This document shows positions 17,857 to 27,471 of a DNA stretch of 42,525 bases, in pieces. The position numbers and the translations under genes are program-made. This stretch comes from Oleiagrimonas sp. (GTDB taxonomy: Bacteria; Pseudomonadota; Gammaproteobacteria; Xanthomonadales; Rhodanobacteraceae): the NCBI GenBank assembly GCA_035698945.1, contig DASSBH010000071.1:1-42525 (forward strand), read 5' to 3'. Within the stretch, counting starts at the first letter, position 1; each line of letters begins with the position of its first letter. The notes under the pieces were generated by a model. The model searched no databases. It was not told where the DNA came from and saw only the letters and a list, made by a program, of their open reading frames with translations.

Positions 17857-18543
17857 ATGGACTATCTTTTCACGCCCCCCGCCATTCCCAGCCTGCCCAT
17901 CATGGGCGACGAACGCCGTTTTCCGGTGCGCCGCATTTTCTGCATCGGTCGCAATTACGCCGAACATGCGCGCGAAATGGGTGCGGCCATCGAGCGCAAT
18001 CAGCCGACGTTTTTCACCAAGCCTGCCGACGCCATCGTCAGCGACGGGCGCGATGTGCCCTACCCGTCCGCGACATCGCTGCTGCATCATGAGGTGGAAA
18101 TGGTGGTGGCGCTGGCCGAAGGTGGGCGCGACATCGACCCTTCCCGTGCATCGCGGTTGATCTTCGGTCATGCGGTCGGGCTGGATCTGACGCGGCGCGA
18201 TCTGCAGGGCGTGGCCAAGAAAAAGGGGCTGCCCTGGGACACGGCCAAGGCGATGGATCACGGCGCTCCCGTGTCCGCACTTTGCCCGATCGCCTCCGCT
18301 GCGCCCACGCCCGATACCTTGCTGTCGCTGCATGTCAACGACGAGCTGCGCCAGTCCACGCCGCTTGAAGCGATGTTGTGGACGGTGCCGGAAATCATTG
18401 CGGAGCTGTCGAAGCTGTTCGAGCTGAAATCCGGGGATCTGATTTTTACCGGCACGCCAGCCGGCGTGGCGGCTCTCGAACCCGGCGACCGTTTCCACGC
18501 CGAATTGGCGGATCTGGCCGTGCTGGACGGACATATCTTCTGA
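17857..18543 (+). CDS. Fumarylacetoacetate hydrolase family protein (YcgM/FAHD1-like)
   Basis: RIFCIGRNYAEHAREMG, FFTKP, LHHEVEMVV, GLDLTRRDLQ, WDTAKAMD, GDLIFTGTPAGV. Confidence 0.93.
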   Translation: MDYLFTPPAIPSLPIMGDERRFPVRRIFCIGRNYAEHAREMGAAIERNQPTFFTKPADAIVSDGRDVPYPSATSLLHHEVEMVVALAEGGRDIDPSRASRLIFGHAVGLDLTRRDLQGVAKKKGLPWDTAKAMDHGAPVSALCPIASAAPTPDTLLSLHVNDELRQSTPLEAMLWTVPEIIAELSKLFELKSGDLIFTGTPAGVAALEPGDRFHAELADLAVLDGHIF

Positions 18544-18612
18544 TTTTTCACCCAAGATTCACGTTTTGTCGTGTTATATCCCTCTGGGGATCATTCATGG
18601 GGAGACTAGCAA

Positions 18613-19014
18613 ATGGGCATGCTGAGTGAGTTCAAGACTTTCGTCATGCGCGGCAATGTCATCGACATGGCCGTGGGTATCGTCATCGGCGCGGCGTTCA
18701 AGGATGTGGTCACGTCCCTGGTCAACGACGTCATCATGCCGCCGATCGGCTGGATTACCGGTGGCGTCAACTTTTCCAAGATGAAGTGGGTGCTCAAGGC
18801 CGCCGGCCCGGATGGCAAGGGCGGCGTGGCCATCAGCTACGGCGCCTTCATCAATACGGTCATCACGTTCATCATCATTTCCTTGGTCATCTTTTTGATG
18901 ATCAAGCTCATCAACAAGATGCACAAGAAGAAGGAAGAGGCTCCGGCCGCGCCGCCGGCCGATGTGGCGTTGCTGACCGAGATTCGCGATCTGCTGAAGA
19001 ATCGCGCAGCCTGA
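18613..19014 (+). CDS. mscL: Large-conductance mechanosensitive channel MscL
   Basis: [56 protein letters not shown]. Confidence 0.97.
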   Translation: MGMLSEFKTFVMRGNVIDMAVGIVIGAAFKDVVTSLVNDVIMPPIGWITGGVNFSKMKWVLKAAGPDGKGGVAISYGAFINTVITFIIISLVIFLMIKLINKMHKKKEEAPAAPPADVALLTEIRDLLKNRAA

Positions 19015-19032
19015 AGAAGGTTGCGTCTCGAT

Positions 19033-19064
19033 TGAAACCGCTCCCGCCCGCGGGAGCGGTTTCA
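19033..19064. terminator. Bidirectional terminator hairpin between mscL and MarR
   Basis: TGAAACCGCTCCCGC-CC-GCGGGAGCGGTTTCA perfect inverted repeat, overlapping the MarR stop codon. Confidence 0.75.
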
Positions 19065-19514
19065 GCGTGAGCCGTCTTCGCTGTCCAGTGCCTGCAGGTT
19101 GCTCTTCACGCGCTCCAGCACGTCGATCATCTGGATCAGCTCTTCGCTTTGGATGCCACGCGTGGCATCGGCGCGCAGGCCGCGGGCGATGTCCTGCATG
19201 TCGTCGATGACGGCGTGCGCCTTGTCCGTGGGAAACAGTCGCCAGCAACGGCGGTCGTTCGGATCGGCACGACGCTCGACGAAACCGGCGTCCTGCAGGC
19301 GGTCGATGACGCGTCCGACCGCGATCGGTTCCATCTCCAGAAATTCGGCCAGCTCGTTCTGCCGGATACCTTCGCGGTGATGCAGACATTTGATGGCCCG
19401 CCACTGCGCGCGCGTCATTTCGAAACGCGTGGCGCGACGGTCGAAATGTTTGCGGAACAACAAGGTGACGTCGTTCAACAGGTAACCGAACGACATGTCG
19501 CGTTTATCCATCAT
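19062..19514 (-). CDS. MarR/SlyA-family transcriptional regulator
   Basis: MTRAQWRAI..GIRQNELAEFLEMEPIAVGRVIDRLQDAGFVERRADPNDRR. Confidence 0.93.
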   Translation of the reverse strand: MMDKRDMSFGYLLNDVTLLFRKHFDRRATRFEMTRAQWRAIKCLHHREGIRQNELAEFLEMEPIAVGRVIDRLQDAGFVERRADPNDRRCWRLFPTDKAHAVIDDMQDIARGLRADATRGIQSEELIQMIDVLERVKSNLQALDSEDGSR

Positions 19515-19654
19515 GACTCTTCTCGTGCATGGATGTCGCAAGTATGGCAAACAAGGGTATCCGGGTCTGATTCATGCCATGCATGCAACCATGATGGCAC
19601 CTTCGGAAATCCGTGCAAGCCGGCCTCGCGTTGCCGTGGGAGTATCGTTCGAAC

Positions 19655-20191
19655 ATGCGCATGGAAGTTGTCCAGTGCGACATCACCCAAATGGCCGCCG
19701 ACGCCATCGTCAACGCCGCCAACACGTCGTTGCTCGGCGGCGGCGGTGTGGACGGCGCGATCCATCGACGCGCCGGCCCACGGCTTCTGGATGCCTGTCG
19801 AAAACTGCCGGAAGTGCGAACCGGCGTGCGCTGCCCGACCGGGGAGGCGCGCGCCACGCCGGGATTCGATCTGCCTGTACGTTTCGTCATCCACACCGCA
19901 GGTCCGGTGTGGAACGGCGGCACGCACGGCGAGCCCGAACTGCTGGCGGCATGCCACCGGAACAGCCTTGCCTTGGCGCGAACACTTTCGGTCGAGCGCA
20001 TCGTCTTTCCCGCCATCAGTTGCGGCGTCTATGGATATCCCGCCAGGCAGGCGGCGCGTGTCGCGACGGCGACCGTGCGCGACGAACTGGCCCGACATCG
20101 GCATCCGGCGCATGTGGTTTTCTGCTGCTTCGGCGAGTCCATGGCCACCATCTTCCAAAATGCGCTGGACGCCGTCGACGACTTGCCCTGA
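19655..20191 (+). CDS. Macro-domain O-acetyl-ADP-ribose deacetylase (YmdB-like)
   Basis: CDIT..DAIVNAANTSLLGGGGVDGAIHRRAG..VIHTAGPVW..FPAISCGVYGYP. Confidence 0.94.
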   Translation: MRMEVVQCDITQMAADAIVNAANTSLLGGGGVDGAIHRRAGPRLLDACRKLPEVRTGVRCPTGEARATPGFDLPVRFVIHTAGPVWNGGTHGEPELLAACHRNSLALARTLSVERIVFPAISCGVYGYPARQAARVATATVRDELARHRHPAHVVFCCFGESMATIFQNALDAVDDLP

Positions 20192-20199
20192 GCCGGACA

Positions 20200-21957
20200 T
20201 CATGACGGATACAGCGGCGGCAACGCCGCATCGGCTGCGGATTTCGCCGGGCCGCGGCGCCATGCAAATCCCTTGTCGAAGGCGGCTAGCAGGGTATCGG
20301 CATCCGGCCCCGGCGCACCTGTTCCATAGCGCGCGCGCTGCAGACCGGCAATGGCATCGACCTGCACGCCGGGTTCCAGCGCATCCGCGAGGTCGCCCAG
20401 ATGACGCAACGCGGGGCGCTCGCTGCGTGCCCAGGCCAGCAGGGTGTCGCACCGGGCCGCGGCGTCACCTTGCTTTGCGGCGAACATGAAGGCCTGGCGT
20501 TGCCGCCGTCGATCCGGTTTTCCGGGTGCCTGCGGCACGGAGGATTTTGTCTCCGCCGCGCGCCGATGACGCGACCAGGCATAGTAGCCGCCGGCCGCCA
20601 GCAGCGTGACCAGCCACAACCCCAACGCAAACCAGGCCAGAAGATGGTCGCCGAAACGCGACGGCGTGGCGGCGGACGATCGTGCGGTGGGCGGCGAAAG
20701 CACGCTGCTGGCCGGCGCCACAGCCGGCGCCATGGCACTCCCGGATACAACGGGCGGTGTCGCTGCCGTCGCTTTCGTCGTCGCCGTCACATGCAGCTTG
20801 TGCGCCGGAATGCGCGCGACCTCCTTTTGATTCGTCTCCACGTTCCACCATGCAAGCGTGATGGCCGGAATGGTCAACGTGCCGGCCTGCTGCGGCACCA
20901 GAGCGAATTTGCGCGTCCGCGTTCCTTCGAGCCAATGACCGTCGTCGCCGGTGTGATCCTGCGACTGGTCGGGATAGACGTCCACGCCGTCGAGCGCGGG
21001 CAGCTCGGGCTCGGGCAGCGATTCGAATGGCAGCCCCGTCACTTTTTCCGTCAACGTCAGCGTCAGCGACTGACCCGCCTCGATCTGGCCGTCGGCCGGC
21101 AAGCCTTCAAGGCTCAACGTCAGTTTGCGCGCCGGCAACCAGGCCCCCTTGCCCGAAGCCGAAGGACGCGCGCGCACGTCCAGACGAATGGGTTTGGAGC
21201 GTGCCGCGACGGTTCGCCCGTTGCCGAAAAAGCCGCCGAACTGGCCCGGCGACGCCATCGTTCCGTAGAACGTGACCGGCGCAAGCTCCAGCGAACCGGC
21301 TTGCCGGGGAATCACCGCATAGTGCTTTTCCAGCACGTGGTAGATACGTCCGCCGCGTTCGACCTGGTAGCGGTTGTCCTGACCCAGCGGACGCACGTCG
21401 ATGCCATTGCCATGCGGAAGACTCAACGAGCCGTTGCCGACGGTGGAGGCGTAAAAAAACCGCACGGCAAGGTCGATCTGCTCGCCGACATATGGCGTGC
21501 GCGTGCTCGGCGCAACGCGAATGAACACCGGCTGCCCCGGCCCGCCTTGGGTTGCCGCCGGCGCCGCACCTACGGTCAGAGTCAGCGACGCGGTGGTTTG
21601 CCCGGCCACCGTGAGCGAAGGAATCCGGATGACGCCGGCATGACGCGGCCGCAGCGCAATCGCCCACAGCGTTTTGCTGCTGCTCTGGCCATTGACGATG
21701 CTGATGCCGGTGTTGTGCGACATGCCCAGGATGTCGAAATCCGACTGCAGCGCGCTGACATCCGGCGCGGTGGCCTGGGTGGTGCCGTCAATCTCGACAT
21801 TGAGCGTCACGGTGTCGCCCAACTGCGCGTGATCGCGATCGAGAAAGGCGCGCACCGTGACGCTGCCCGCCCATGCGGACGTGGCCAGCATGCATGCCAT
21901 CGGCACCAGCCACAGCCAGCGCAGGCGACCACGCTGCAGTGCTCGGTGTTGTCTCAT
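20200..21957 (-). CDS. BatD-family protein
   Basis: Signal peptide, AFLDRDHAQLGDTVTLNVEI, S-I-VNG motif, PYVGEQI, YPDQ, WWNVET, C-terminal TM and LPPLYP; last gene of a Bat-like operon. Confidence 0.85.
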   Translation of the reverse strand: MRQHRALQRGRLRWLWLVPMACMLATSAWAGSVTVRAFLDRDHAQLGDTVTLNVEIDGTTQATAPDVSALQSDFDILGMSHNTGISIVNGQSSSKTLWAIALRPRHAGVIRIPSLTVAGQTTASLTLTVGAAPAATQGGPGQPVFIRVAPSTRTPYVGEQIDLAVRFFYASTVGNGSLSLPHGNGIDVRPLGQDNRYQVERGGRIYHVLEKHYAVIPRQAGSLELAPVTFYGTMASPGQFGGFFGNGRTVAARSKPIRLDVRARPSASGKGAWLPARKLTLSLEGLPADGQIEAGQSLTLTLTEKVTGLPFESLPEPELPALDGVDVYPDQSQDHTGDDGHWLEGTRTRKFALVPQQAGTLTIPAITLAWWNVETNQKEVARIPAHKLHVTATTKATAATPPVVSGSAMAPAVAPASSVLSPPTARSSAATPSRFGDHLLAWFALGLWLVTLLAAGGYYAWSRHRRAAETKSSVPQAPGKPDRRRQRQAFMFAAKQGDAAARCDTLLAWARSERPALRHLGDLADALEPGVQVDAIAGLQRARYGTGAPGPDADTLLAAFDKGFAWRRGPAKSAADAALPPLYPS

Positions 21958-23960
21958 GATCCGCCTCCATCACGGCCTTGCCGGCGTTCCTGGTATTCAA
22001 GCTGAAACTTGCGCCGGAGCAACCCGCCCGGATCGTCGGGCACGCGTTCGAGCGCCTGCTGCATGGGTTGCGGCAACCGGTCGACGGAGCCGGCATGGGC
22101 CGGCGCTTCGCCCAGCGCGAAAGGTTGCGGCGCAGGCGCTTTCTTGCTCGACTGGTCGCGCATGCGTTGTTGCAGGGCACGACTGGCCTGGCGCGCCTCG
22201 GCCTGCTGCTGGCGTGCGGTGCGGACATCGGGAGCCTGCGCGCTCGACGGCTTGCCGCTGCTGGCCGCCGGTGCGGGCTGCGAACGGGCGCGCGACGACG
22301 CGGTCGCCGGTTGCCGCGGCGAATGCGCGGATGCGGCCTGCGCCGGGGACGTGCTTGACCCGGCATGCGCGGGGGACGGGCTCGAAGCCGCCGACGCCGG
22401 CGCTTTCGATGCCGCGCCCTTGCCGCCATCCTGCCTGGCCGACGACGGCGATCCCTGGTTGTCGCCCTGCTTCTTGCCCGACGACGCTCCCGACTTGCCC
22501 TGCTTTTTCTGCGCCTGCGGCGGCGGCTTGTGCTTGCGCAACCAGTCGCGGATCGACTTGCGGTTGGCGCGTGCGTCGACCAGCTCGGGGTTCATCTTCA
22601 ACGCCTTGCCGTAGGCGTCGATGGCCTTTTGATACTGCCCCTGTCGCGCCAGCGCATTGCCCAGGTTGTAGGCCGCATCGGCTCCCGGCGCATGCGCGAA
22701 TGCCTTGGCCGCGGCGGCGTAATCGCCTGCACGGTAGGCGGCCGTGCCACGCAGGTTTGATGATTGCGCCAGTCGTTCGGCCAGTTTCGGATGGCCAGCG
22801 GCCAGCGCCCGCGTGGCGCGTTGATCGGCATTGCGCCACAACGCCGCCCAGTGTTGTCGCCATGATGGCTTCGCACTGCCCACCGGTGCGGCACTCGCGG
22901 CCGATGCCGGCAGCACATCCGCCGCGTGTGCCGGCAATGCCATGCAGGGCAGCAACACCAGGGGCAACACCAGCAGCCAGCCGCGCCGGAACACCAATGC
23001 CGCCAGCAACAGCAATGGCAGCAGCAACCAGGGACCCATGTCGCGCCACTGGTCGCTCTTGCCCAATGCCGGCGAGCCGGTCTGGCGGCTGGCGCTCAAC
23101 TCGCCCTTCAATGCCTTGATGTCGGCGTGATCGTGACGCATCGGCACATAGATGCCACCGCCGGCGTTCGCCACGGCGCGCAGGCTGGCATCGTCGCGTT
23201 TGGTCATGACGATGCCGCCGTTGGCATCGGTGAGAAGATTGCCATGGGCCAGTTGCACCGGCGTTCCCCTGGTCGTGCCCACGCCGAGCACCGATACGCG
23301 GATGCCCTGTCCGTGCGCACGCCGCGCGGCGGCGACGGCGGCGGCGTTGGCCTGGTCGGTCACCAGCACCAGCGAGCCGCCGTGGATACCGGAGTGCTCC
23401 AGCAATTGGACGCCACGTTCGATGCCTTGGGCCGGAACGTCGCCCGACACCGGCATCACGTCGGGCGCCAGGGCGTCGAGCAGGTCATCCAGCGCATGCG
23501 CGTCGGTGGTCAGCGGCGCGACAGTGAATGCCGCGCCGGCATAGGCGACCAGACCGTTGCGTCCTCCCGCGTTGGCATGCAGCAGATCGTGCACCTTGAA
23601 GCGCACGCGCTGCATGCGGCTCGGCTCGACGTCGCGCGCCAGCATGCGTTGCGACAGGGAAACCACCACGACCTGTGCCGCACCGTCGCTGTAAAGCGGT
23701 TGCGGTAATCTTTGCCAGGTCGGGCCGGCCATGGCCAGCGTCGCCAGCACGCCGGCCAGGCAGCCGGGTAGCCAGAGCCAGCGCAGGGATCGACCAGCTT
23801 GCACCAGAAGATGCGACAGCAAGTCGGCGTCGGCCAGTCGCTCCAACGCTCCGCCACGGCGCGTCGCGCGCCATTGCCAAAGCAACAGCGGCAACCAGGC
23901 CAGCACCAGCAGAAGCCACCAGGGCCGCAGAAAATGGAACGACGCGAGCCATGCGCTCAT
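21954..23960 (-). CDS. vWA plus TPR membrane protein (BatB/BatC fusion-like) with a low-complexity linker
   Basis: FHFLRPWWLL, MAGPTW, vWA (DVEPSRM..GLVAYAGAAFTVAPLTTD), TPR AAYNLGNALARQGQYQKAIDAYGKAL, C-terminal RVPDDPGGLLRRKF; ATGA overlaps. Confidence 0.88.
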   Translation of the reverse strand: MSAWLASFHFLRPWWLLLVLAWLPLLLWQWRATRRGGALERLADADLLSHLLVQAGRSLRWLWLPGCLAGVLATLAMAGPTWQRLPQPLYSDGAAQVVVVSLSQRMLARDVEPSRMQRVRFKVHDLLHANAGGRNGLVAYAGAAFTVAPLTTDAHALDDLLDALAPDVMPVSGDVPAQGIERGVQLLEHSGIHGGSLVLVTDQANAAAVAAARRAHGQGIRVSVLGVGTTRGTPVQLAHGNLLTDANGGIVMTKRDDASLRAVANAGGGIYVPMRHDHADIKALKGELSASRQTGSPALGKSDQWRDMGPWLLLPLLLLAALVFRRGWLLVLPLVLLPCMALPAHAADVLPASAASAAPVGSAKPSWRQHWAALWRNADQRATRALAAGHPKLAERLAQSSNLRGTAAYRAGDYAAAAKAFAHAPGADAAYNLGNALARQGQYQKAIDAYGKALKMNPELVDARANRKSIRDWLRKHKPPPQAQKKQGKSGASSGKKQGDNQGSPSSARQDGGKGAASKAPASAASSPSPAHAGSSTSPAQAASAHSPRQPATASSRARSQPAPAASSGKPSSAQAPDVRTARQQQAEARQASRALQQRMRDQSSKKAPAPQPFALGEAPAHAGSVDRLPQPMQQALERVPDDPGGLLRRKFQLEYQERRQGRDGGGS

Positions 23961-24943
23961 GCCGGTGCCCTCTCCGATGGCCGTCGCCAGCGCCAGCCGC
24001 ATGCCAGCGCGAACAACAGCAGCGCAGCCGCAAGCGGCCACATGAAAAGCTCATGCCGGGGGCGCAATGGCCTGCCCTTGTGACTCAACGGCTCCAGCGC
24101 ATCAATGCTGCGATAGGCCGCCGCCAGCTGCCCGCTGTCGGCGGCGCGGAAGAACCGGCCGCCCGTGGATTGCGCGATCGACTTGAGCATGGCCACATCC
24201 AGCCCCGCCGATGGATTGATCGTCCGCATGCCGAACAGGCCCGGCACCTGCATGCGACTGGAGCCGATGCCGATGGTATAGATGCGCACGCCGGCGGCCT
24301 TGGCGATCTGCGCGGCCCGGCGCGGCGACAGGCTGCCCGAGTTGTTGACGCCGTCGGTCAGGAGCACCAGCACGCGCGCCCTGGCCGGCAGTTTGCGCAG
24401 GCGCTTGACCGCCACGGCAATGGCGTCGCCGATGGCCGTCTGGCGTCCGGCCAGGCCGACGGCGGCGCCGCGCAACTGGGCGCGTACCGCGTCGAGATCG
24501 TACGTTGTCGGCGTGACCAGATAGGCATGGCTGCCGAACAGCACCAGCCCCAACCGGTCTCCCTGGCGATGCGAGATGAATTGCCCGGCGATGGCCTCGA
24601 CCGCGGCAAAGCGGCTGACGGGCTGGTCGCCCAGGCGCATGTCGCGCGTGGACATGGAACCGGAAATATCCACGGCCAACATCATCGAGCGTCCGCTGTG
24701 CGCCACCGGTTGCGGCGGTCCGAGCCATTCGGGCCGGGCCGCCGCCGTGAGCAGCAGCAGCCAGGCCAGCGCGAGCAGCCACATCCTGCCGCTCGAGGCC
24801 TGCCTGGACACCGCGACGTCCAGCTGCACATCGTCGAAAGGCAGACGCAGGGCGCGGGCCGGCCGCGCCGGCGGCATCAATCGCCAAACCGCCCAGGGCA
24901 ATGGCAACAACAAGAATACCCATGGCCAGACCAGATCAGGCAT
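23957..24943 (-). CDS. vWA domain protein (BatA-like)
   Basis: AAARPEWLG, MIDAS LAVDISGSM, GDRLGLVLFG, TAIGDAI, LLTDGVNNSG, IYTIGIG. Confidence 0.92.
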   Translation of the reverse strand: MPDLVWPWVFLLLPLPWAVWRLMPPARPARALRLPFDDVQLDVAVSRQASSGRMWLLALAWLLLLTAAARPEWLGPPQPVAHSGRSMMLAVDISGSMSTRDMRLGDQPVSRFAAVEAIAGQFISHRQGDRLGLVLFGSHAYLVTPTTYDLDAVRAQLRGAAVGLAGRQTAIGDAIAVAVKRLRKLPARARVLVLLTDGVNNSGSLSPRRAAQIAKAAGVRIYTIGIGSSRMQVPGLFGMRTINPSAGLDVAMLKSIAQSTGGRFFRAADSGQLAAAYRSIDALEPLSHKGRPLRPRHELFMWPLAAALLLFALACGWRWRRPSERAPA

Positions 24944-25412
24944 GCCGGCGCCCCTGCATCAGCACACGACGCAGCCATTGCCGGGCGGCGGACGCCACTT
25001 CGGCGGCGTCCAGTGTCGCCGCCGGGCGATACATGGCATCTTCCAGCGTCAGCAAGACAGGCGCCGGCTCCTTTTTGCCGGCAAGATCGCGCATGGCCGC
25101 ATGCCAGGTCTGACCACGCAAACCGACACTGGCGGGATGCCGAAGGCTTGCCGCGCGCCGCAACAGTTGCGAAACGCCGGCCGCGAAGGCGGCATCGTCA
25201 TGCTCCGCCGCGTGTGCAGCCTGCAGCGCATCAAGCTCCCGGTTCGCGGCTCGCCAGCGCCGTCGCGGCAAGCGCCGACGATACCCGCGCCAGACCAGCC
25301 ACGCCAGCAGCAACAGCGCGATGCCGATCAACAGCCACCATCCTGGCGCTAGCGGCCACCAGCTTGCCGGCGGTGGCAGGTGGATATCGCGCAGGTGCGG
25401 GCCCGCCGGCAT
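24936..25412 (-). CDS. DUF4381-like membrane protein
   Basis: LRDIHLPPPASWWPLAPGWWLL; positioned between DUF58 and BatA. Confidence 0.85.
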   Translation of the reverse strand: MPAGPHLRDIHLPPPASWWPLAPGWWLLIGIALLLLAWLVWRGYRRRLPRRRWRAANRELDALQAAHAAEHDDAAFAAGVSQLLRRAASLRHPASVGLRGQTWHAAMRDLAGKKEPAPVLLTLEDAMYRPAATLDAAEVASAARQWLRRVLMQGRRHA

Positions 25413-26359
25413 CACCGCGTGCTCCGCCGTGTCAGCCCCAGCAGCGCCGTGACGGCGGGCAACGGGTCGTCGCGCGTGTCGATGTGGCGGCATGCGAGCG
25501 CGGCGTGGCGACAGGCTTGTTCCAGCCGTTGCGCGCCCGCGCCCATGGCTTGCCTGAAATCTTCCCGCGCGCGCAGGCTGTCCAGATCCACCGTCACGCG
25601 TCGGCCCGCGCAAATCAGCGGATAACGCCCGGCCGGCGGGCATGACGACTCCAGCGGATCGGTGACCACCAGCACCGAAACGCGCATGCGCCGACGCCAA
25701 TGCGCCAGCACGCTCGACGCGGATGCATCGCAACTGTGACCGTCGCTGACCAGCACGACATGACCGGGATGGCCGAGCAAAGGCCGCATGCGTTTCAGTG
25801 CCGAGGACAAGGCTTCACCGGCATTGTCCGCCTGCGTGGCGGCATCCCAGCGCGCCAGTGCGCCGCATACGCCAAGCGCGCCGCGCTGCCCGGCTGCCAC
25901 CGGTTGCGCCTTGCGGCAGTTGCCGAAGGCCAGGGTGCCCACGTGGCCTCCGCTGCGTGCCACCTGCCAGGCCATCAACGCCGCGGCGCGCGCGGCCTGC
26001 ACCGACTTGAAGCACGCACGGGTACCGAAACGCATGCTGGCGTGCGTGTCGATCAGCAGCATGACACGGTGTTCGCCTTCTTCCTGAAAGATCTTGGTGT
26101 GCAGGCTGCCGCTGCGCGCGGTCAGCCGCCAGTCCAGATGACGCACGTCGTCGCCGGCCTGATAGGCGCGCGATTCCAGATAATCCATGCCCTGACCGCG
26201 ACGGCGCGTGGTGTGTTCTCCCGCCTGCGTCGAAGCCCGGATCATCTGCCGTGCGGCCGCATGCGTCACCCGCTGGCGCAACGCGATCAGCTCGTCCATC
26301 TGCACGTGGACGTGTGCATGATCGGCATGGTCGGCTTGGCGATGAGGTGTGGCCGGCAT
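25412..26359 (-). CDS. DUF58 family protein (MoxR-associated)
   Basis: RGQGMDYLESRAYQAGDDVRHLDWRLTARSGSLHTKIFQEE, IDTHASMRFGT. Alternative GTG start at 26434 has an SD-like AGGTGGGAG. Confidence 0.88.
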   Translation of the reverse strand: MPATPHRQADHADHAHVHVQMDELIALRQRVTHAAARQMIRASTQAGEHTTRRRGQGMDYLESRAYQAGDDVRHLDWRLTARSGSLHTKIFQEEGEHRVMLLIDTHASMRFGTRACFKSVQAARAAALMAWQVARSGGHVGTLAFGNCRKAQPVAAGQRGALGVCGALARWDAATQADNAGEALSSALKRMRPLLGHPGHVVLVSDGHSCDASASSVLAHWRRRMRVSVLVVTDPLESSCPPAGRYPLICAGRRVTVDLDSLRAREDFRQAMGAGAQRLEQACRHAALACRHIDTRDDPLPAVTALLGLTRRSTR

Positions 26360-26446
26360 GGTGCAAAAGATCAGAAAAAAGATGGATTCGTATTTGAAGG
26401 CAACGGCCTTGCATGCGGCAACCGCCGCGCACACGCGCTCCCACCT

Positions 26447-27442
26447 TCAGGGCAGCGGCACGTGCTCCAGCAGGCGTGCAAGAATCTGTTCGACGCTTAT
26501 GCCTTCGGCCTCGGCTTCGTAGCTGGGCAATACGCGATGGCGCAGGACTTCGTGCGCCACGGCATGCACGTCTTCCGGCAAGGTGTAGTCGCGCTCCGCC
26601 AGCCAGGCGTGTGCCCGCGCGCAACGATCCAGCGCGATGGTGGCGCGCGGGCTGGCACCCCAGGCGATCCAGCGCGCCAGCTCGGCGTCGTAGCGCCGCG
26701 CGTGACGCGTGGCCAGCACCAGTTGCGTCAGGTACTGCTCCAGCGCCGGCGCCATGTGGATGTCGAGCACCGCACGGCGGGCGGCGAACACGTCGTGCTG
26801 GGTCAGCATGTGCGCGATGGGCCTGGGCGTGTGCAGACGTTCGCGGGCCTGACGACGCGCCAGTTCCAGAATGGACTGTTCGGCGGCGGCATCCGGATAG
26901 TCCAGCGTGACGTGCATCAGGAAACGATCCAGTTGCGCTTCGGGCAGCGCAAAGGTGCCTTCGTGCTCGATCGGGTTTTGCGTGGCCATCACCATGAACA
27001 GATCCGGCAACGGCCAGCTGTGACGGCCGATGGTGATCTGCCGTTCGGCCATCGCCTCCAGCAATGCCGACTGCACCCTGGCCGGCGCGCGATTGACTTC
27101 GTCGGCCAGCACGATGTTGTGGAACAGCGGGCCGTGTTCGAACTCGAAACTGCCGCTGTCGGGACGAAACACGTCGGTGCCGGTGAGGTCGGCGGGCAAC
27201 AGGTCGGGCGTGAACTGGATGCGATGGAAATCGGCTTCCACGCGCGCGGCCAAGGCTTTCACGGCGGTGGTCTTGGCCAGGCCAGGCGCGCCTTCCACCA
27301 GCAGGTGGCCGTCAGCAAGCAGCGCGATCAGCAGGCAGTCGACCAGATGCGGCTGGCCGATGACCGCCATGGACAGATCTTCGCGCAGGCGCGCGAAAGC
27401 CGCAGGCAGGTCGGATTCGGTAGTGGGTTCGGTCTGGTTCAT
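26447..27442 (-). CDS. MoxR-family AAA+ ATPase
   Basis: GHLLVEGAPGLAKT, RIQFTPDLLPADLTG, LADEVNRAPARVQSALLEAM, ATQNPIEHEGTFALPEAQLDRF, GASPR. Confidence 0.95.
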   Translation of the reverse strand: MNQTEPTTESDLPAAFARLREDLSMAVIGQPHLVDCLLIALLADGHLLVEGAPGLAKTTAVKALAARVEADFHRIQFTPDLLPADLTGTDVFRPDSGSFEFEHGPLFHNIVLADEVNRAPARVQSALLEAMAERQITIGRHSWPLPDLFMVMATQNPIEHEGTFALPEAQLDRFLMHVTLDYPDAAAEQSILELARRQARERLHTPRPIAHMLTQHDVFAARRAVLDIHMAPALEQYLTQLVLATRHARRYDAELARWIAWGASPRATIALDRCARAHAWLAERDYTLPEDVHAVAHEVLRHRVLPSYEAEAEGISVEQILARLLEHVPLP

Positions 27443-27471
27443 GTCACCGGCAATGCATGATGGTCGCCGGA

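Noticed and set aside
19655-20191. Macro domain as part of an anti-phage or toxin-antitoxin system (DarTG, Thoeris)
   Set aside because: It is a stand-alone YmdB-like sequence with no ADP-ribosyltransferase, sirtuin, TIR or other defence gene nearby.
22080-22530. Ala/Ser/Pro/Gln low-complexity segment in the vWA-TPR protein
   Set aside because: Variable disordered linkers are normal at this position in BatB/C-like proteins, and there is no DNA-level tandem repeat.
26360-26446. AT-rich spacer between moxR and DUF58 as an internal promoter or insertion scar
   Set aside because: No convincing promoter or repeat; it may simply be coding if the GTG at 26434 is the true start.
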